The notes below the pieces were generated by a model. That model was not told the origin of the DNA. It saw only the letters and a program-made list of their open reading frames with translations, and made no database searches. A stretch of DNA of 63,703 bases, the filler included, from Reclinomonas americana ATCC 50394 (lineage: Eukaryota): the NCBI GenBank assembly GCA_048213135.1. It is 25 parts of 25 records of this genome, joined end to end, with 100 filler letters (N's around TTAATTAATTAA, not from the genome) between each part and the next. Parts side by side here need not be neighbours in the genome. Positions count along the whole stretch, not along the records: positions 62,650 to 63,703 come from AFZH01024269.1; 24 more parts are not named here. One strand, given 5' to 3'. Made by a program: the position numbers and the translations under genes. This document shows, piece by piece, positions 63,059 through 63,703 of the stretch (within the stretch, counting starts at the first letter, position 1; each line of letters begins with the position of its first letter).

Positions 63059-63703
63059 GACGCACCCTTCAGCGCGACGCGGGCATTGTACCAGTTCATG
63101 AAAGCCGAAATCGCGAGGCTCAGCGCCAGGTACACGCACATCAGGATGGCGATCACCTCCACCGCCTGGCCGGTCTGGTTGATGATCGTGTTCCCGATCG
63201 ACATCAGGTCGGGATAGCCGATCGCGATGGCGAGCGAGGTGTTCTTGGCGAGGTTGAGATACTGGCTGGCGAGCGGCGGCACTGCGACCTTCATTGCCTG
63301 CGGGATCACCACGAGGCGCAAGGCCTGCCCCCGGCTCAGCCCAAGCGCCGCACCAGCCTCCAGCTGGCCGCGGCCGACCGAGAGGATGCCGGCGCGCAGG
63401 ATCTCGCCGATGAAGGCGGCATTGTAGAGCGACAGCCCGATCAGCAGCGCCGTCAGTTCCGGCGTGATCATCCCGCCACCGGAGAAGCCGAAGCGGGTTG
63501 GCCGCGGCACGTCGAAGGAGGCCGTCACGGCACGCTCCAGCGCCACGGCCACGACCGGCAGCGCGAGCAGCAGCAGACCGGGCCACAGCTTTGCCGGCAC
63601 GCCGTTCCGTTCGGCCTGGCGGCGGGCCCAGAGGCCGTGGCCGGCGAAGGCGAGGACGCCGACGAGCACCGCCGCCAGGAGCGGCTCGGTGCCGTGTTGC
63701 AGC
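63055..63703 (-). CDS. Amino-acid ABC transporter permease (AapQ/BztB-like), 5'-partial (bacterial)
   Basis: PELTALLIGLSLY.AAFIGEILRAGI..GQLEAG.ALGL EAA loop, QYLNLAKNTSLAIAIGYPDL, NQTGQAVE. Confidence 0.93.
   Translation of the reverse strand, partial: LQHGTEPLLAAVLVGVLAFAGHGLWARRQAERNGVPAKLWPGLLLLALPVVAVALERAVTASFDVPRPTRFGFSGGGMITPELTALLIGLSLYNAAFIGEILRAGILSVGRGQLEAGAALGLSRGQALRLVVIPQAMKVAVPPLASQYLNLAKNTSLAIAIGYPDLMSIGNTIINQTGQAVEVIAILMCVYLALSLAISAFMNWYNARVALKGAS

Overview
This window is an artificial concatenation of 25 short contigs joined by 100-bp N44-TTAATTAATTAA-N44 linkers, and it mixes at least two organisms. Most contigs come from a GC-rich, intron-dense, microsatellite-rich microbial eukaryote. 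These encode a kinesin heavy chain, PLAA/Doa1, a 7TM-RGS receptor, a WD40 protein, Vps15 (split over two contigs), a hinderin/KIAA1328 homologue, an MGC-initiated NACHT-pentapeptide-(WD40) STAND protein lacking the Walker A lysine, and a multi-intron two-gene CACTA/CMC-like transposon. They also hold LSU rDNA with three group I introns (sites equivalent to L2437, L2449 and L2584; the first two flank a 12-nt exon) and ~166-170-bp satellites. Six contigs are intronless alphaproteobacterial (Rhizobiales/Bosea-like) DNA: ABC transporters, GntR/LysR/OmpR-type regulators, an MCP, DUF1127, a Flp/Tad pilin cluster and two GCS2-family ligases. The most notable signals are the group I intron cluster with its mini-exon and repeat-expanded loops, a recurrent atypical GTTGCG 5' splice site (10 cases), the P-loop-defective acylated NLR-like protein, and the intron-rich transposon. 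All calls come from manual reading, motif recall and hand splicing; no database searches were run.
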